Positions 9,283-18,585 of a DNA stretch of 64,000 nucleotides are shown here, piece by piece. The notes under the pieces were generated by a model. It ran no database searches. It worked only from the letters and a program-made list of their open reading frames with translations, and was not told where the DNA came from. The position numbers and the translations under genes are program-made. The DNA is from Candidatus Uhrbacteria bacterium. GTDB lineage: Bacteria > Patescibacteriota > Patescibacteriia > JACQRZ01. The stretch lies in contig JACQSC010000001.1 in the NCBI GenBank assembly GCA_016206155.1, positions 5,105 through 69,104 on the forward strand. The letters are read 5' to 3'. The first letter of the stretch is position 1; every line of letters begins with the position of its first letter.

Positions 9283-10920
9283 GTGCTACAAAGAAAAGGT
9301 ATTCACGCTTCTTTTTTTATGCTTACCCCCGAAGAACGAAAAAGAATAGAACCGTTTGTCACGAGCCTTGATGCCGATGTGTTTGGGTTTCAAAATCTAC
9401 CGTCGGTGATCTCTGGTGCGTTGTTTGGCCGCTATAGCCGGTCTGAGCTTGGCGCGCGTGAGCTTCTCTCTCGCGAGTTTCTCGGAGAAGGTCAGGAATT
9501 CCGCGATGCGCTCACCGGCGAACTCAATCTTGGCGGCATGAAGATTGATCCCGCAAAGGCAGAAGGTTTTTTTAGCCGTGTGCTTGACCAGTACGGCGAT
9601 GATTCCGTTGCAGAGCTTGGCGGTACGGCACTAGCGGTTGAGAATGTATCCAATGTTTTGGCAAAGATCATCGAAGATCGCCGCATCGGACTATCACCGC
9701 TCGAGAAGTCGTCGCGGTATGTGCGTTTTGACCGGAGGGATGAACAGGGGAATTATCCGTATGTCATTGATCCCGCTATTGATGCGGCTGGTTATGGTGA
9801 ACTGTATAGAACAACCATGAACATGCTTTTTGATACCTACAGCGCGCTTCTTGAGCCGTTGATGGAAGAGCTGAACGTTCGTTTTCCAAAAAAAGAGGAT
9901 CAAAGCGATGGCGCATACCGCGCAGCGCTGCGCGGACAGGCATGCGATGTTGTGCGGTATCTTCTACCGATGGGAACCAAGACAAATGTGGGATTGGTCG
10001 GGAACGGTCGCGCATTCGAATACCTGATGTATAATCTTCGCGCCAGCGGACTTGCGGAGGGAGCGCGTATAGCAAAAGAAATAGACGATGCGCTCGGATT
10101 TTTGATTCCGGCATTCGTCCGCCGAGCAAAGACCGATCGCGGGCAGGGGAATGTGGACTATCTCGCATCGCTTTTTCAAAAGCAAAAAGAGTTCTCCTCC
10201 CGAATCGCTACCAATACAATGAAGGAACGTGAACATGAGGCAACAGTCCGCCTTATCGAGTACGATCCGCAGGGAGAACTCAACGTTGCGGCCGCGCTAT
10301 GTTACGACCATTCCGACGGATCGTACATACAGACAAAAGAATTTTTTGAGCGAACACCGGAAAAGGCAAGCGATCTCATTGCCGATATTCTTTCACCGCG
10401 AAAACACCGGACACACAAGCCGCCGCGCGCTTTTGAGCATGCACGGTATCTTTTTGAAATTACCTGCGACATTGGGGCGTTCCGCGACCTGCATCGCCAT
10501 CGCATGCTGACTCAACAACGACAGCAATACACAACGCTTCACGGCTATGCGATACCTCAAGACATTAAAGATGCGGGAAAAGAAGGGGAGTACGCGAAAG
10601 CCATGGAGCGGGCGGCGGACGCATACGAGATAATTGGGCGCGACCTTCCACTTCAGGCGCAATACTGCGTGCCGTTCGGATTTCTCATTCGTTTCCTCTT
10701 CCGTCTTAACGCGCGCGAGGCGTACCACTTGTGCGAGTTGCGCAGTACGATTCAAGGCCATCCGAGCTATCGTTATGTGGCGCAAGAGATGGCGCGGGAG
10801 ATTGCGAAGGTGCATCCCAACCTCGGCAATGGCATGATGGTAACATGGGAAGGGTATGATGAGCTTGCCCGCGTCGCGTCCGAAATGCGTCAGGAACAAA
10901 AGGCTCGCGCGCGAAAATGA
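9283..10920 (+). CDS. ThyX-like (flavin-dependent thymidylate synthase family) protein, divergent
   Basis: RHR-containing motif (HRHRMLTQQRQ) and ARxxLPxGT-like segment (CDVVRYLLPMGTKT); the serine positions of the canonical ThyX motif are substituted. Confidence 0.4.
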   Translation: MLQRKGIHASFFMLTPEERKRIEPFVTSLDADVFGFQNLPSVISGALFGRYSRSELGARELLSREFLGEGQEFRDALTGELNLGGMKIDPAKAEGFFSRVLDQYGDDSVAELGGTALAVENVSNVLAKIIEDRRIGLSPLEKSSRYVRFDRRDEQGNYPYVIDPAIDAAGYGELYRTTMNMLFDTYSALLEPLMEELNVRFPKKEDQSDGAYRAALRGQACDVVRYLLPMGTKTNVGLVGNGRAFEYLMYNLRASGLAEGARIAKEIDDALGFLIPAFVRRAKTDRGQGNVDYLASLFQKQKEFSSRIATNTMKEREHEATVRLIEYDPQGELNVAAALCYDHSDGSYIQTKEFFERTPEKASDLIADILSPRKHRTHKPPRAFEHARYLFEITCDIGAFRDLHRHRMLTQQRQQYTTLHGYAIPQDIKDAGKEGEYAKAMERAADAYEIIGRDLPLQAQYCVPFGFLIRFLFRLNAREAYHLCELRSTIQGHPSYRYVAQEMAREIAKVHPNLGNGMMVTWEGYDELARVASEMRQEQKARARK

Positions 10921-10953
10921 AAAAAACAGGAAGTGCGGCGCTATGAGTTTGGG

Positions 10954-10981
10954 TTGACAAAAGAATAACTTTTGATATACT
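10954..10981 (+). promoter_or_regulatory. sigma70-like promoter TTGACA-16-TATACT upstream of the phd/vapC-like pair
   Basis: Hexamers match consensus with a 16-nt spacer, about 30 nt before the ATG at 11012. Confidence 0.4.
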
Positions 10982-11011
10982 TAAGGTATACTTATTTTAT
11001 AGAAAAAATCT

Positions 11012-11251
11012 ATGGAGCCAGCATTGATCGGCGTTAAGCATCTTCAAACACGTTTTAAGGATGTCGCGCGAGCCGCGCAGAAAGGCCAGTCCTTTCTTGT
11101 GATGAAGCACACGACGCCGCTTTTTCGTATTGAACCCGTGACAAAGAAGAAGGAACCACGCTATACCATAGACGACATTATGACCATTCGCTTTACGAGC
11201 CGTGATCGCAATTTAAGCAAAAAGATTGATACATATTTGTACAACGTATGA
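11012..11251 (+). CDS. type II antitoxin (Phd/YefM- or prevent-host-death-like)
   Basis: 79-aa ORF overlapping the downstream PIN gene by 4 nt (ATGA). Confidence 0.55.
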   Translation: MEPALIGVKHLQTRFKDVARAAQKGQSFLVMKHTTPLFRIEPVTKKKEPRYTIDDIMTIRFTSRDRNLSKKIDTYLYNV

Positions 11252-11625
11252 CCGTGTTTGACTCCAATGTCTGGATTGCCGCATTTCACGAATCAGATAC
11301 GCTTCATTGTCGTGCGGTGGAAGCGCTCCGGGAACATAAGCCACCGTTTGGCGTTCCTGAATACGTGCTCCTTGAGGTTGCAACAATTCTTGCCAAAAAA
11401 GCAGGAATGGTGCATGCCAAGAGGTTTGTTGAGATGATGTTTGATAATCGCGATTGCACGATACTCATCACCGATGAATTATTCTGCCGTTCGGTCGCTC
11501 GCGCCTATATCAAAGAAGGAAAGGCGGAATTGTCCTTTGTTGACATGAGTCTTGTTGTGCTTGCGGCGCATCATCAGGTGATAACATTTGATGCGCACCT
11601 TGCCCGCCGTTTGCGAAAATTGTAA
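11248..11625 (+). CDS. vapC: PIN-domain toxin VapC
   Basis: N-terminal VFDSNVWIA motif with acidic residues typical of the PIN fold; 125 aa; translationally coupled to the antitoxin. Confidence 0.75.
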   Translation: MTVFDSNVWIAAFHESDTLHCRAVEALREHKPPFGVPEYVLLEVATILAKKAGMVHAKRFVEMMFDNRDCTILITDELFCRSVARAYIKEGKAELSFVDMSLVVLAAHHQVITFDAHLARRLRKL

Positions 11626-11652
11626 CGTGTTGTAATTCTTAATAGGTGATCT

Positions 11653-12105
11653 ATGACCATCGAACTGACCCCCGCTCAATACGAAACTCTGCTCAAACTC
11701 GTCTATCTCGGTGAGTGGATGGCAAACGGCATCCGCACAGAAGAAGAACGCGACGAGAAGATCCATCAAGCTGCTCAGCACTTCTATTCCTATGCCGATG
11801 AGGCGGACGCCGGAGCGTTGATTGAGTATGACAAAGAGTACCATCAGTACGTTTCAACGCCGGCGCTGGATGACGATGCGGAGATTGTCCGTTTTCGCGA
11901 AGAGTATGACGATGAAGTATTTTGGGATGAATTGATAGAAAAGCTCGCGATGCGCGATTTTGCCAACCGATACGGCGAGGAACATTGGTTCTCCGGCGGC
12001 GTGCAAGACGGATCAGACATTCAAAGCGGCTTTATAAATAAATATGTCGACGAGTTTGAGGCTAACGGTATCGGCAACCTTATTATCAAGGGTGATGAAT
12101 TGTAA
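11653..12105 (+). CDS. hypothetical acidic protein
   Basis: 150-aa ORF rich in D/E with no recognisable motifs. Confidence 0.35.
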   Translation: MTIELTPAQYETLLKLVYLGEWMANGIRTEEERDEKIHQAAQHFYSYADEADAGALIEYDKEYHQYVSTPALDDDAEIVRFREEYDDEVFWDELIEKLAMRDFANRYGEEHWFSGGVQDGSDIQSGFINKYVDEFEANGIGNLIIKGDEL

Positions 12106-12110
12106 AAGGT

Positions 12111-12587
12111 GTGATTGTTGTCCTGCACGATATTAGGAGCGCGCATAACGTCGGCTCGATTTTTCGCACAGCTGATGCGGCCGGCTTGTCGCGCCTGTAT
12201 CTCTGTGGCATTACACCAACACCGCGCGATCGGTTCTGGCGCGCGCAAACCGATATCGCAAAGGTCGCGCTTGGGGCAGAAGAATGGCTGCCGTGGGAAT
12301 ATGCAAAAAGCGCTGTTCGTCTTCTCACTCGATTGAAAAAAGAAGGATGCACGATTCTTGCGCTTGAGCAAAGCGCGCGCTCCATTCCTTATACACGCAT
12401 CCGCATCTCAAAAAAACAGTGGTCGCGGACGGTTCTGGTGCTGGGCAACGAAGTGACAGGGCTCTCGCGAACCATTCTTAACCGAGCCGACACGATTATC
12501 GAAATCCCGATGCATGGCCGCAAAGAGTCGCTCAACGTCGCCGTCGCGTTTGGGATTGCTGTATTCGCTTTGCAAAGGGCTTTGTGA
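12111..12587 (+). CDS. SpoU/TrmH-family RNA 2'-O-methyltransferase
   Basis: SPOUT motifs (HNVGSIFRTADAAG, LGNEVTGLS, IPMHGRKESLNVAVAFGIA). Confidence 0.7.
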   Translation: MIVVLHDIRSAHNVGSIFRTADAAGLSRLYLCGITPTPRDRFWRAQTDIAKVALGAEEWLPWEYAKSAVRLLTRLKKEGCTILALEQSARSIPYTRIRISKKQWSRTVLVLGNEVTGLSRTILNRADTIIEIPMHGRKESLNVAVAFGIAVFALQRAL

Positions 12588-13945
12588 GTGGTATATTAAC
12601 GACACGTGAATATATGAGAAAAATTGAAAAAATCGGTTTGAGTTTCGCAGTCATCATCGGAATTGGAGTCGGAGGTTTTTTTACGCTGCCATGGATTCTT
12701 GGATTGTTCACGAAAGACATCCCGCCCATTGACGATCATGATTTGCGATTGCAAAAAGTACTTCTCCTCGATTCGGAAAATGCGTACTTTGATCTCATCC
12801 GCGGGGGGAAGGCGCTATCGTTGACAAAGGAGGAAGAGCAATTTTTGACAGACGCAACTACGGGAAAGACATGGGACGATGCAAAAGCGACAACGATCCT
12901 TGAAAAGAATGCAACAGCACTTGCTTTTTTTACCGCAGCGGCAGAAAAGGCAGCATTCCAAGATGTTGCGATTGCCAACCCGGCAGATATAAGTTTTGAA
13001 ATTAAATCGCCAAATATTAATGATTGGCGTACTCTTACGCGCCTGAGCGCACTTCGCACACGTGTTTTCGTACGCGCAGGCAATGGGACGGAAGGGCTTG
13101 AGGAGATATTGCATTCTATTAGGATAAGTTCTGCAATCTTGCGCTCTCAATCAACACTGATTGAATATCTTGTTGCGCTTGGAATGAAGGAGATCGGCAT
13201 CAATACGGCGCGCGATATTGTGTCAAAAGAAACCGTCGATTCGACAAAGCTGAAGCAGATTGTTTCCGAACTTTCAAACTATTATGATAATGAGAAAGGA
13301 TTAGAGAGTGCGTTTAGGGGTGAGTATATGGGAACGGCGCAAATAATAGATCGTATGGCAACGGGCGATTTCGAGTCGTCGCGCGCTGTGTTTGATTCTC
13401 TTGGCGAGTCTAGCGACCCCGAGAGAGTGAACGAACCTTCCAAAAAAGTAATGAACTCATTCTATTTCCGACAAAATAAAAGCAAAAAAATACACGCGGA
13501 AATGATGCGCGCGTTTCTTTTGAATACCACAAAACCGTGTGGCATGCAGCAATTTCCAAAACCCGAGCAGTCAAACAATTCTTCTGTTGCCCTTTATTTT
13601 TCCGATAACGCAATTGGAAAACTTCTTACTGCGTTAGCCGTCGCTTCATACGAAAATGTATTTACAAAAAAATGTCAAGACGATCTGTTGGTTGGTGTGC
13701 TTCAGGCGACCCTCGCACTCAAGATGCATATCACTGCAATGGGTGCATATCCCGCTACTCTTTCAGAACTTGTCCCGCAATATTTTCCATCAGTGCCACT
13801 CGATCCATTTGACGGAAAGCCGCTTCGCTACTCACCGACAAAAAAAATTCTCTATTCTGTCGGAAAAGATTTGATTGATGAAGGCGGAAGCACTGGCGAT
13901 GATTGGAAAAAAATGAATGATCCAACGTTTCCGGTCGCATTCTGA
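12584..13945 (+). CDS. hypothetical membrane-anchored protein
   Basis: 453-aa ORF with an N-terminal TM helix; no recognisable domain. Confidence 0.45.
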   Translation: MSGILTTREYMRKIEKIGLSFAVIIGIGVGGFFTLPWILGLFTKDIPPIDDHDLRLQKVLLLDSENAYFDLIRGGKALSLTKEEEQFLTDATTGKTWDDAKATTILEKNATALAFFTAAAEKAAFQDVAIANPADISFEIKSPNINDWRTLTRLSALRTRVFVRAGNGTEGLEEILHSIRISSAILRSQSTLIEYLVALGMKEIGINTARDIVSKETVDSTKLKQIVSELSNYYDNEKGLESAFRGEYMGTAQIIDRMATGDFESSRAVFDSLGESSDPERVNEPSKKVMNSFYFRQNKSKKIHAEMMRAFLLNTTKPCGMQQFPKPEQSNNSSVALYFSDNAIGKLLTALAVASYENVFTKKCQDDLLVGVLQATLALKMHITAMGAYPATLSELVPQYFPSVPLDPFDGKPLRYSPTKKILYSVGKDLIDEGGSTGDDWKKMNDPTFPVAF

Positions 13946-13964
13946 TATAACCAGTTGAAAGGGC

Positions 13965-14558
13965 ATGCTTTTCTCTTCATTGAATTCAAAAAAACTTGTT
14001 TCATTGCTCAAAAGCGGCGCGATTGGCGTGATTCCCACCGATACGATCTATGGTATTTCCGCGTCAGTGAAAAAGCCAGAAACAATAGAGCGTCTGTACG
14101 ATATTCGCCTCCGCGACCGGTCAAAACCGTTTATCGTACTGATTGGGTCAGTAGATGATCTCGCTCTGTTTGATATTGCGCTGGAAGATTCTTTCAAGGC
14201 GACACTTATGCGCATATGGCCCGCGCCTGTGAGTATTGTTCTTCCCAGCAGCGATGATGCGCACGCTCACCTTCATCGCGGTACGCGCTCGCTCGCTTTT
14301 CGCGTGCCAGACGACGCGCGCCTACGAGCGTTGCTTAAAAAAACCGGACCGCTCATCACGACAAGCGCCAATCCCGAGGGGAAGAAACCGGCAACGACGA
14401 TAGCACAGGCACAGAACTATTTTGGTAACTCGCTCGACTTTTATGTTGATGCAGGAAAACGAAAAGGGAAGCCGTCAACGCTCCTGAGGCATGATGGCGC
14501 ATCGTTTACGGTTATTCGGCAGGGCACCTATCATCTTCCCGATTTGAAGGGTGTATAG
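13965..14558 (+). CDS. tsaC: L-threonylcarbamoyladenylate synthase (YrdC/Sua5 family)
   Basis: Motif VIPTDTIYGISA plus KPFIVLI..TSANPEGK typical of YrdC. Confidence 0.75.
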   Translation: MLFSSLNSKKLVSLLKSGAIGVIPTDTIYGISASVKKPETIERLYDIRLRDRSKPFIVLIGSVDDLALFDIALEDSFKATLMRIWPAPVSIVLPSSDDAHAHLHRGTRSLAFRVPDDARLRALLKKTGPLITTSANPEGKKPATTIAQAQNYFGNSLDFYVDAGKRKGKPSTLLRHDGASFTVIRQGTYHLPDLKGV

Positions 14559-15528
14559 TATACTCACCAAAAGACAACGCACGCGGTTCGCGTGTATTTT
14601 TGATAGTATGACGACGATCTACTACAAGAGCATCAAAGACAAGTCGCTTCGCACGCTTGAGACCGCGCGCGTTGGATGCTGGATTCATGTGGAGCAACCA
14701 ACCACCGCAGAGATTAAAAAAATTGCGGAGCAGTACGGCCTTGACGAGGGTCATTTGACGGATGCAATCGACCAGTACGAGGTGCCGCGCGTCGAGCGGG
14801 AAGGGGAGACGATTTACGTGTTTGTCCGCTATCCCACAAGTGATGGCGACGAAACACTGACCACGCCGATTCTCATCATCTTGTCGGAGAACATGCTTTT
14901 GACGGTGTGCCCAAAAGTGTTTCCGCAGCTCTCGCGTTTCATAAACGGCACGATCGAATTTTCTACGACGCAGAAAGTAAAACTTTTTTTGCTGCTGCTG
15001 CTTCAGATTTCCTCTGCCTATACATCATTTCTCAACCGCATTAACCGCGACATTCGCCGTCTTGGCATTCAGATTGAGCGGATCACAAGCAAAGAAATTC
15101 TCCAATTCGTTACGCTCGAGCGTATTGTGAGCGACTTTCTTTCAGCGCTCCTGCCTACGCACGGCATGCTCCAGAGCCTGCTTTCCGGAAAGATTTTTAA
15201 ACTTTATAAAGAGGACCAGGATCTTATCGAGGATATTTTTCTCAACAAAGGCCAGCTGATAGAAATGTGTCGCTCAAACATCAAGCTGATTGGAAACATC
15301 AGAAGCGCCTATTCCTCAATCATGTCGCACAACTTGAATCGGGTGATAAAGTTGCTCACGTCTTTGACGATTCTCGTCACAATTCCAACTATGGTTGCGA
15401 GCCTCTATGGTATGAACGTGCGTTTGCCGTTTGCAGATGCGCCGCATGCGTTCTGGGGCATTCTTATCTTTATCTTTGCAATTTCAACGCTCCTCACATT
15501 GGTGTTTGTCCGTAATCGTTGGTTGTGA
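14551..15528 (+). CDS. corA: Mg2+/Co2+ transporter CorA
   Basis: Signature YGMNV (GMN motif) before the two C-terminal TM helices. Confidence 0.85.
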   Translation: MYSILTKRQRTRFACIFDSMTTIYYKSIKDKSLRTLETARVGCWIHVEQPTTAEIKKIAEQYGLDEGHLTDAIDQYEVPRVEREGETIYVFVRYPTSDGDETLTTPILIILSENMLLTVCPKVFPQLSRFINGTIEFSTTQKVKLFLLLLLQISSAYTSFLNRINRDIRRLGIQIERITSKEILQFVTLERIVSDFLSALLPTHGMLQSLLSGKIFKLYKEDQDLIEDIFLNKGQLIEMCRSNIKLIGNIRSAYSSIMSHNLNRVIKLLTSLTILVTIPTMVASLYGMNVRLPFADAPHAFWGILIFIFAISTLLTLVFVRNRWL

Positions 15529-15767
15529 ATTGGTGGCCGTTTTGCCGTGTCACTTTACTTTTTTCTTTAAATATGTTTTAATAATACTAAGCGAGGCCAG
15601 TTCGCCTGTTTAGGTTATACCTGAAAAAGGCGACACTCGCGAAAATGTTTTTGCATGGGGCGGCTTTTGCTTCTGTTTCAAGACAAAAGCGGAGGTAGCA
15701 GTTGCCCTGTGCAATAAGGCCTGGGGAGAGGTTGAGGCGCCGAGCATCGCCTCCATTCCCCGGGACC

Positions 15768-15835
15768 GGGTCCGCCGCGCTACTTGCAAATCTCCAAGGG
15801 GTGAGTATGCGCTGGCGGACCCTTTTCTTTTTTCG
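15768..15835 (+). terminator. GC-rich hairpin plus T-run; possible 3' end of an unannotated non-coding transcript
   Basis: gggtccgccgcgc...gcgctggcggaccc followed by ttttcttttttcg. Confidence 0.35.
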
Positions 15836-15865
15836 TGAACACAAAGTTTATCCACAGATTTTAGA

Positions 15866-15893
15866 TTGACGTGCGCAATTTTTGTGCTATATT
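15866..15893 (+). promoter_or_regulatory. sigma70-like promoter TTGACG-16-TATATT for small peptide gene copy 1
   Basis: Consensus-like hexamers about 30 nt upstream of ATG 15926. Confidence 0.45.
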
Positions 15894-15925
15894 AAACAAT
15901 AACCCTTTAATTAAAAGCTATGCCC

Positions 15926-16042
15926 ATGTCCGCAATCGTACAGATGATCAAAAAAATGAATCAGGAAGCCCGATGTTTCTTTATTATTGTTGTCCTCATG
16001 ATTATTCCTGCGAATGCCGGGTATGGTTTGACTGCGAGATAA
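15926..16042 (+). CDS. conserved 38-aa hydrophobic small protein, copy 1 (MSAIVQMIKKMNQEARCFFIIVVLMIIPANAGYGLTAR)
   Basis: Paralogue at 17375-17491 is conserved at protein level (about 50 percent identity) with its own promoter and terminator; single predicted TM helix. Confidence 0.5.
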   Translation: MSAIVQMIKKMNQEARCFFIIVVLMIIPANAGYGLTAR

Positions 16043-16069
16043 AGGAAGCAACAGAGATCAAAAAAAACC

Positions 16070-16099
16070 ATTCAAAGCCCGGCAAACAAAGCCGGGTTT
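16070..16099 (+). terminator. intrinsic terminator (gcccggc-aaacaaa-gccgggt + T-run)
   Basis: 7-bp GC stem followed by ttgttcttt. Confidence 0.6.
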
Positions 16100-16548
16100 G
16101 TTCTTTACAAAAAATATTATTCCTCCTTTCAACTGTGTGCGTCGCCGGCTCGGAGGCGCGCGCAGAGAGAGGAGGAGCTGGTGAACCCCCCCTCTCGCAT
16201 CGTTGCAAAATTACTACGACCCCCGCCCCGAGGGGCGGAGAAAGGAGGTGCGCGTTGCTCGGACGCGCACAGGGAGTCACCACCCCCAACCTATTACGGG
16301 TTGGTGGATGGAACGTCAGAACGCTGGCGTTCCACATCGCCAACCGGCTTGGGCGCGGGGAGAGCGGGCAAGAAATTGTCCGCTCTCTCGAGGGGATCCT
16401 CGAGCCCGACCGAAAGGTCGCGCTCGAGGCCGCACTGAAGAAGTGCGGCCTGGATCCCAGCGGTGACCCGCTTGGAGGGTCACCGTCGTCCCGGTAGAGC
16501 TCGGGCGGTCGCGCAGGTCTTTGTACCTGCCGGCCGCCCCCACTTGCT

Positions 16549-17305
16549 TGGAAACCGGTGTCAGGTCTGGTTTTTATATTCTTCGCGTGTATACTGATCA
16601 TATATGGGAAGATCACCTCGAATCCAAGCACCAGATATAACCTTTCATATTATCAACCGTGGTAATGGAAAAAATACTATCTTCCATTCGGATAAAGACT
16701 TTCATGAATACCTCGAACTACTGCAATGCTACCAAGAAAAATTTGATATGCGCATCTACCACTATGTCCTTATGTCGAATCATGTTCATATTCTCGTTGA
16801 GCCCTCAAAGGAAAACTCAATTTCAAAATTCATGCAAGGGCTGACACTGGCGCACACCATGCGTTTTAATATGCGATATCAGTCAGTTGGTCATGTCTGG
16901 CAGGGACGATTTAAGAGCATTCCTATCGAGACAGACATATATTTTCTTCAGTGCGGACGATACATTGAACTCAATCCTGTGAGAGCGGGAATCGTGTCCC
17001 ATCCATCACGATATCCGTGGAGTAGCTACCAGTTTTACGCTCAAGGAAAACAAAATAAGCTCCTGAACACCGACCCCTTCTATGATGAACTCGGAAGTTC
17101 GACGTCTCAACGGAGAGAGCGATACACGCAATATATCGAAGAAGAATTGCCCAACATACATGCCCGCTCAGCAATACGATTCTCACAAGATCTTGTTTAC
17201 GGGAGTGAATCCTTTGTCAATAAGCTAAAAAATGATTTCAACTACGAACCAACTCGAAGGAAAGGTGGGAGACCGAAAATAAACCAGACCTGACACCGGT
17301 TTTCC
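16549..17305. mobile_element. IS200-like/REP-associated tyrosine transposase (RAYT) unit bounded by 25-bp inverted repeats
   Basis: Left GGAAACCGGTGTCAGGTCTGGTTT (16549-16573); right AAACCAGACCTGACACCGGTTTTCC (17281-17305), its reverse complement; the right repeat overlaps the transposase stop codon. Confidence 0.7.
16604..17293 (+). CDS. Y1 HUH transposase, IS200/IS605 TnpA-like / RAYT (COG1943)
   Basis: Motifs FHIINRGN, SNHVHILVE (HuH), HVWQGRF, YIELNPVRAGIV, YPWSSY. Confidence 0.85.
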   Translation: MGRSPRIQAPDITFHIINRGNGKNTIFHSDKDFHEYLELLQCYQEKFDMRIYHYVLMSNHVHILVEPSKENSISKFMQGLTLAHTMRFNMRYQSVGHVWQGRFKSIPIETDIYFLQCGRYIELNPVRAGIVSHPSRYPWSSYQFYAQGKQNKLLNTDPFYDELGSSTSQRRERYTQYIEEELPNIHARSAIRFSQDLVYGSESFVNKLKNDFNYEPTRRKGGRPKINQT

Positions 17306-17323
17306 CGGTTTTCCAGTTTTGAT

Positions 17324-17351
17324 TGACACGAGTTTTTTTTGTGATATTGTT
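17324..17351 (+). promoter_or_regulatory. sigma70-like promoter TTGACA-16-TATTGT for small peptide gene copy 2
   Basis: Positioned as in copy 1. Confidence 0.4.
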
Positions 17352-17374
17352 AAATATATCCTTAACTAGATGCC

Positions 17375-17491
17375 ATGTCAGGAATAGCGCACATGATCAA
17401 TAACATGATTCAGGAAGCCAGCCGCTTCTTTGCTTTTGTTATTATTATGTTCCTCGGATCAAGTGCCGGGCATGGTTTGACTACGCGATAA
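17375..17491 (+). CDS. conserved 38-aa hydrophobic small protein, copy 2 (MSGIAHMINNMIQEASRFFAFVIIMFLGSSAGHGLTTR)
   Basis: Paralogue of 15926-16042. Confidence 0.5.
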   Translation: MSGIAHMINNMIQEASRFFAFVIIMFLGSSAGHGLTTR

Positions 17492-17507
17492 AAAATACTA
17501 GAAATAA

Positions 17508-17539
17508 AACCAAAAGAACCCGGCCCCAAAAGCCGGGTT
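17508..17539 (+). terminator. intrinsic terminator (acccggc-cccaaaa-gccgggt + T-run)
   Basis: Same architecture as the terminator at 16070. Confidence 0.6.
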
Positions 17540-17696
17540 TGTTCTTTTTAAAGCACAAATTGCTCCCCCTTTTAAGTGTGAACACGGAAATTCGGCAGTC
17601 GTGTTTACAAAGAAAGGAGGAGAAACGGTGAATCTCCTTCCTTTCGCACCAGGCGACCCCTACCGCAATTTTTGCACATAAGGAAGAAGGAAGGAG

Positions 17697-18527
17697 GTGG
17701 GGATGCTGCAAGTGCAGCAACTCTGCTATACACCACCCTCAGTATACCTCAGGGAAGAGCTTGCACGGAGGCAAGTTCTTCGCCACCAGGTGGAAGCCTG
17801 GTGGCACGAGAGCGGTTGGGGACTCCCCCCAATCGTTCAGGCCATGGAAGGCCGGCTATGCGGCGTGCTTAGCCGGCACGTTGCAACATTTAGATACGAG
17901 GATGGCCTCTTCGCGCTCATGGCGAAAGAGGCTGGGCTCCTGCCCATGTGGCTGGAGTACGTCGGTGACAAATACGTCGACGTCTCCTCCTACAAGAGGA
18001 GCCTCCTCCGTCCGACTCTGTGCTCCGGCCGGGGAAGGAATGGGGGCCTCAAGCTCCGTAAGGAGACACTGGTCGAGAACGAGCAGTTTTGGCGGGGGAA
18101 ACCTTTCCAAAACATCGTGACCGATCATGGCGGGCAACTCGTCGCGTGGCATCACACGCTACAAAACGAGATGCTCGAGGGGCTCCTTGTGGAGAAGCCT
18201 GTGCGAACGGATTGCACCGGTTGGTTGGGGCGGATCGCCTCGACCGCCCACGGGTACTACGAAGCGTACATGAGCGTCTTCGTGGCCCATGGAGTGCTGT
18301 TTGAAGACTACCACGGTGGAGAGTCGGGCAACGCGCTCGACAACTTCACTGGAAGAGTCTTCGAGCCCGCATGGAAGCGGTTACACGAGCGATTCGGGGT
18401 TCGACCCCTGATCGTTCGACTCCCTTGGTGGGAGTCGCTGGGGTATTACCCTGGCGACCGGGAGTGGCGCTCGCACGGCGTCATCCCGCCACAGTTCCCT
18501 GACCTCCTGTCTGGCAATCAGGAGTGA
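17697..18527 (+). CDS. hypothetical Trp-rich protein in a GC-rich island
   Basis: 276-aa ORF preceded by a strong SD (GGAAGGAGGTGGGG-ATG); local GC is well above the flanks. Confidence 0.5.
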   Translation: MGMLQVQQLCYTPPSVYLREELARRQVLRHQVEAWWHESGWGLPPIVQAMEGRLCGVLSRHVATFRYEDGLFALMAKEAGLLPMWLEYVGDKYVDVSSYKRSLLRPTLCSGRGRNGGLKLRKETLVENEQFWRGKPFQNIVTDHGGQLVAWHHTLQNEMLEGLLVEKPVRTDCTGWLGRIASTAHGYYEAYMSVFVAHGVLFEDYHGGESGNALDNFTGRVFEPAWKRLHERFGVRPLIVRLPWWESLGYYPGDREWRSHGVIPPQFPDLLSGNQE

Positions 18528-18547
18528 AGGGACTCGAAGGGTAGCTC

Positions 18548-18585
18548 TGTCGACTACCCTTTCCCTTTTTTCTATAAACAACGAC
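18548..18585 (+). terminator. intrinsic terminator (gggtagctctgtcgactaccc + T-run)
   Basis: Hairpin followed by tttcccttttttc, 20 nt after the stop. Confidence 0.5.

Noticed and set aside
15871-16497. 208-aa ORF spanning the first small-peptide gene, its terminator and the GC-rich leader
   Set aside because: It reads through an intrinsic terminator and a promoter in a different frame from the conserved 38-aa peptide, and its composition is Arg/Gly/Pro-rich. Only the 3' portion (from about 16255) might be coding, as a degenerate paralogue of the 276-aa protein.
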